Shown here one piece after another: positions 62,924 to 64,000 of a DNA stretch of 64,000 bases (positions within the stretch are counted from its first letter, which is position 1; each line of letters starts with the position of its first letter). The DNA comes from Patescibacteria group bacterium (GTDB taxonomy: Bacteria > Patescibacteriota > Microgenomatia > UBA10105 > UBA927). A program made the translations under genes and the position numbers. The DNA lies in contig JBGSUE010000045.1 in NCBI GenBank assembly GCA_041753515.1, positions 2,027 through 66,026 on the forward strand, in the 5' to 3' direction. Under the pieces are notes generated by a model. It ran no database searches and was not told the origin of the DNA. It saw nothing but the letters and a program-made list of their open reading frames with translations.

Positions 62924-63484
62924 ATGCCAAAAGAAATACCAGCACCTACACCACAATCTCCTGTGGACACCTACATCTCCCTTGCTTTGGGAGTTGCTGT
63001 CGTTGTTCTTATCGGAGCAGTTGCCTATAATATGATTTCCAAAAACAATCAGGAGCCGGGAGGTGCAGACACAAGTCTGGATGCAACGCAATCCGGTACT
63101 GCTACACTGATGGAACTTCCGGCAAAACATACGGTGAAAGATGGGGAAACACTCTGGAGTATTGCCGAGAATTATTATAACAGCGGATATAACTGGGTTG
63201 ATATTGCCGAGGAAAATAAGCTTGGAAGCGGCGACAGTGTTGCGGCAGGCACTGCCCTTACAATCCCTGACGCAGAACCGATAGAAGTGGGAAGCATTGG
63301 TGGAGCAGCCACAAGCGATGTGAAGCCGAAAAACAGCACCTACACGGTCCAGAAAGGCGATTCTCTGTGGAATATCGCACTTGCCCAATACGGCACAGGC
63401 TACAAATGGCCGGATATCGCAAAAGCCAATAAAATAGCTAATCCGGACCTCATATTCACCGGAACCGTCCTGACACTTCCGTAA
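62924..63484 (+). CDS. LysM-domain protein (two LysM repeats) with N-terminal membrane anchor
   Basis: HTVKDGETLWSIAENYY and YTVQKGDSLWNIALAQYG LysM motifs. Confidence 0.85.
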   Translation: MPKEIPAPTPQSPVDTYISLALGVAVVVLIGAVAYNMISKNNQEPGGADTSLDATQSGTATLMELPAKHTVKDGETLWSIAENYYNSGYNWVDIAEENKLGSGDSVAAGTALTIPDAEPIEVGSIGGAATSDVKPKNSTYTVQKGDSLWNIALAQYGTGYKWPDIAKANKIANPDLIFTGTVLTLP

Positions 63485-63529
63485 TTAGCATACATTGTGA
63501 TATATTTTTCATACACAGTGCGGGTGTAG

Positions 63530-63596
63530 TCGCCTCATCGGCGACCCGCCACGGGTCGCACACAGGCGACCCGCCGGAGAGGCGGGTACACCGGTT
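63530..63596 (+). other. GC-rich three-hairpin element starting with a copy of the tRNA-Gly 5' end (GCGGGTGTAGT) and containing direct repeat GGCGACCCGCC x2
   Basis: GTCGCC-TCATC-GGCGAC, GGTCGC-ACACA-GCGACC and CCGCC-GGAGA-GGCGG hairpins in an AT-rich region. Confidence 0.35.
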
Positions 63597-63623
63597 AACC
63601 ATATTATTTCAGCATATTTTGCT

Positions 63624-63890
63624 ATGTTTTATGTTTATGTTGTACAAAGCAATAAAAATAGTACATTATATATTAGAAAAACAAATGACTTAAAAAGAAG
63701 ACTGAAAGAACACAATTCAGGACACGGCGGTGTTTATACCAAAAAAAATGGTCCATATACGCTAATATACTATGAAGCGTTTTTAGATAGTAGAGATGCA
63801 GCGATACAGGAATTGTTTTACAAAAGCGGATACGGAAAGGAAATATTAAAGGAAAAAATTAAAAATAGTTTATATCATAAGCGGGTGTAG
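63624..63890 (+). CDS. GIY-YIG nuclease family protein (YhbQ/UPF0213-like), third copy
   Basis: YVYVVQSNKNSTLYIRKTNDLKRRLKEHN; TAG stop at positions 8-10 of tRNA-Gly. Confidence 0.75.
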   Translation: MFYVYVVQSNKNSTLYIRKTNDLKRRLKEHNSGHGGVYTKKNGPYTLIYYEAFLDSRDAAIQELFYKSGYGKEILKEKIKNSLYHKRV

Positions 63891-63951
63891 TACACTGGCA
63901 GTATGCGACCTTCCCAAGGTTGAGAAGAGGGTTCGATTCCCTTCACCCGCT
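63880..63951 (+). tRNA. tRNA-Gly (anticodon CCC)
   Basis: Hand-folded: acceptor GCGGGTG/CACCCGC, anticodon loop TTCCCAA, T-arm GAGGGTTCGATTCCCTT. Confidence 0.8.
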
Positions 63952-64000
63952 CACGAGTCAAACTCGCTTGTTTGTTTGACGAGTGCCAAGTCTGACTTGG

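Overview
This 64 kb window reads as a bacterial chromosome segment, mostly housekeeping genes with one integrated accessory island. It has moderate GC, Gram-positive-type or Patescibacteria-like gene content, a weak or absent Shine-Dalgarno, and frequent ATGA start/stop overlaps. Coding density is high.

Housekeeping genes on the minus strand include:
- an F1Fo ATP synthase operon (atpZ-like, then atpB-E-F-H-A-G-D-C);
- dnaE, a GGDEF diguanylate cyclase, a gatC-gatA-(class IIb Asp/Asn-tRNA ligase)-gatB cluster, pyrG, rplS, nth, obg, rsgA and N-domain-less clpB;
- htpX, lemA, a PolX/PHP polymerase, and the lipid II amidation pair murT/gatD;
- a NodU/CmcH-type carbamoyltransferase followed by a conserved small membrane protein, a class II Fic protein, a beta-CASP MBL ribonuclease, and HAD, NUDIX, VWA, SIMPL, DedA and LysM proteins.

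Three tRNAs are present: Lys-UUU, Asp-GUC and Gly-CCC. Three small GIY-YIG (YhbQ-like) ORFs each end inside the first ~10 nt of a tRNA or tRNA-like sequence.

Directly downstream of tRNA-Lys lies an AT-richer island of about 11.5 kb (~19.2-30.9 kb). It carries a large serine recombinase, a tyrosine integrase, a DUF3486 terminase-small-like gene, an XRE regulator, a possible HEPN-motif protein and an Ldh_2 oxidoreductase. It also carries a tight five-gene plus-strand operon ending in an HNH-nuclease-domain protein. That operon is the best candidate for an undescribed defence or accessory system.

Several short repeat families are visible:
- a two-hairpin palindromic module with compensatory stem changes, in three intergenic sites;
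- CTTTCACCT / GGGAAAAGG simple repeats that invade the murT-4HB-gatD locus;
- an AAGATTGTGCGGTTTTTTACTTT motif around small membrane-protein genes;
- a conserved 23-nt upstream motif shared by three consecutive genes.

No CRISPR array or rRNA was found. All calls are from reading the sequence and the ORF translations. No database search was run.
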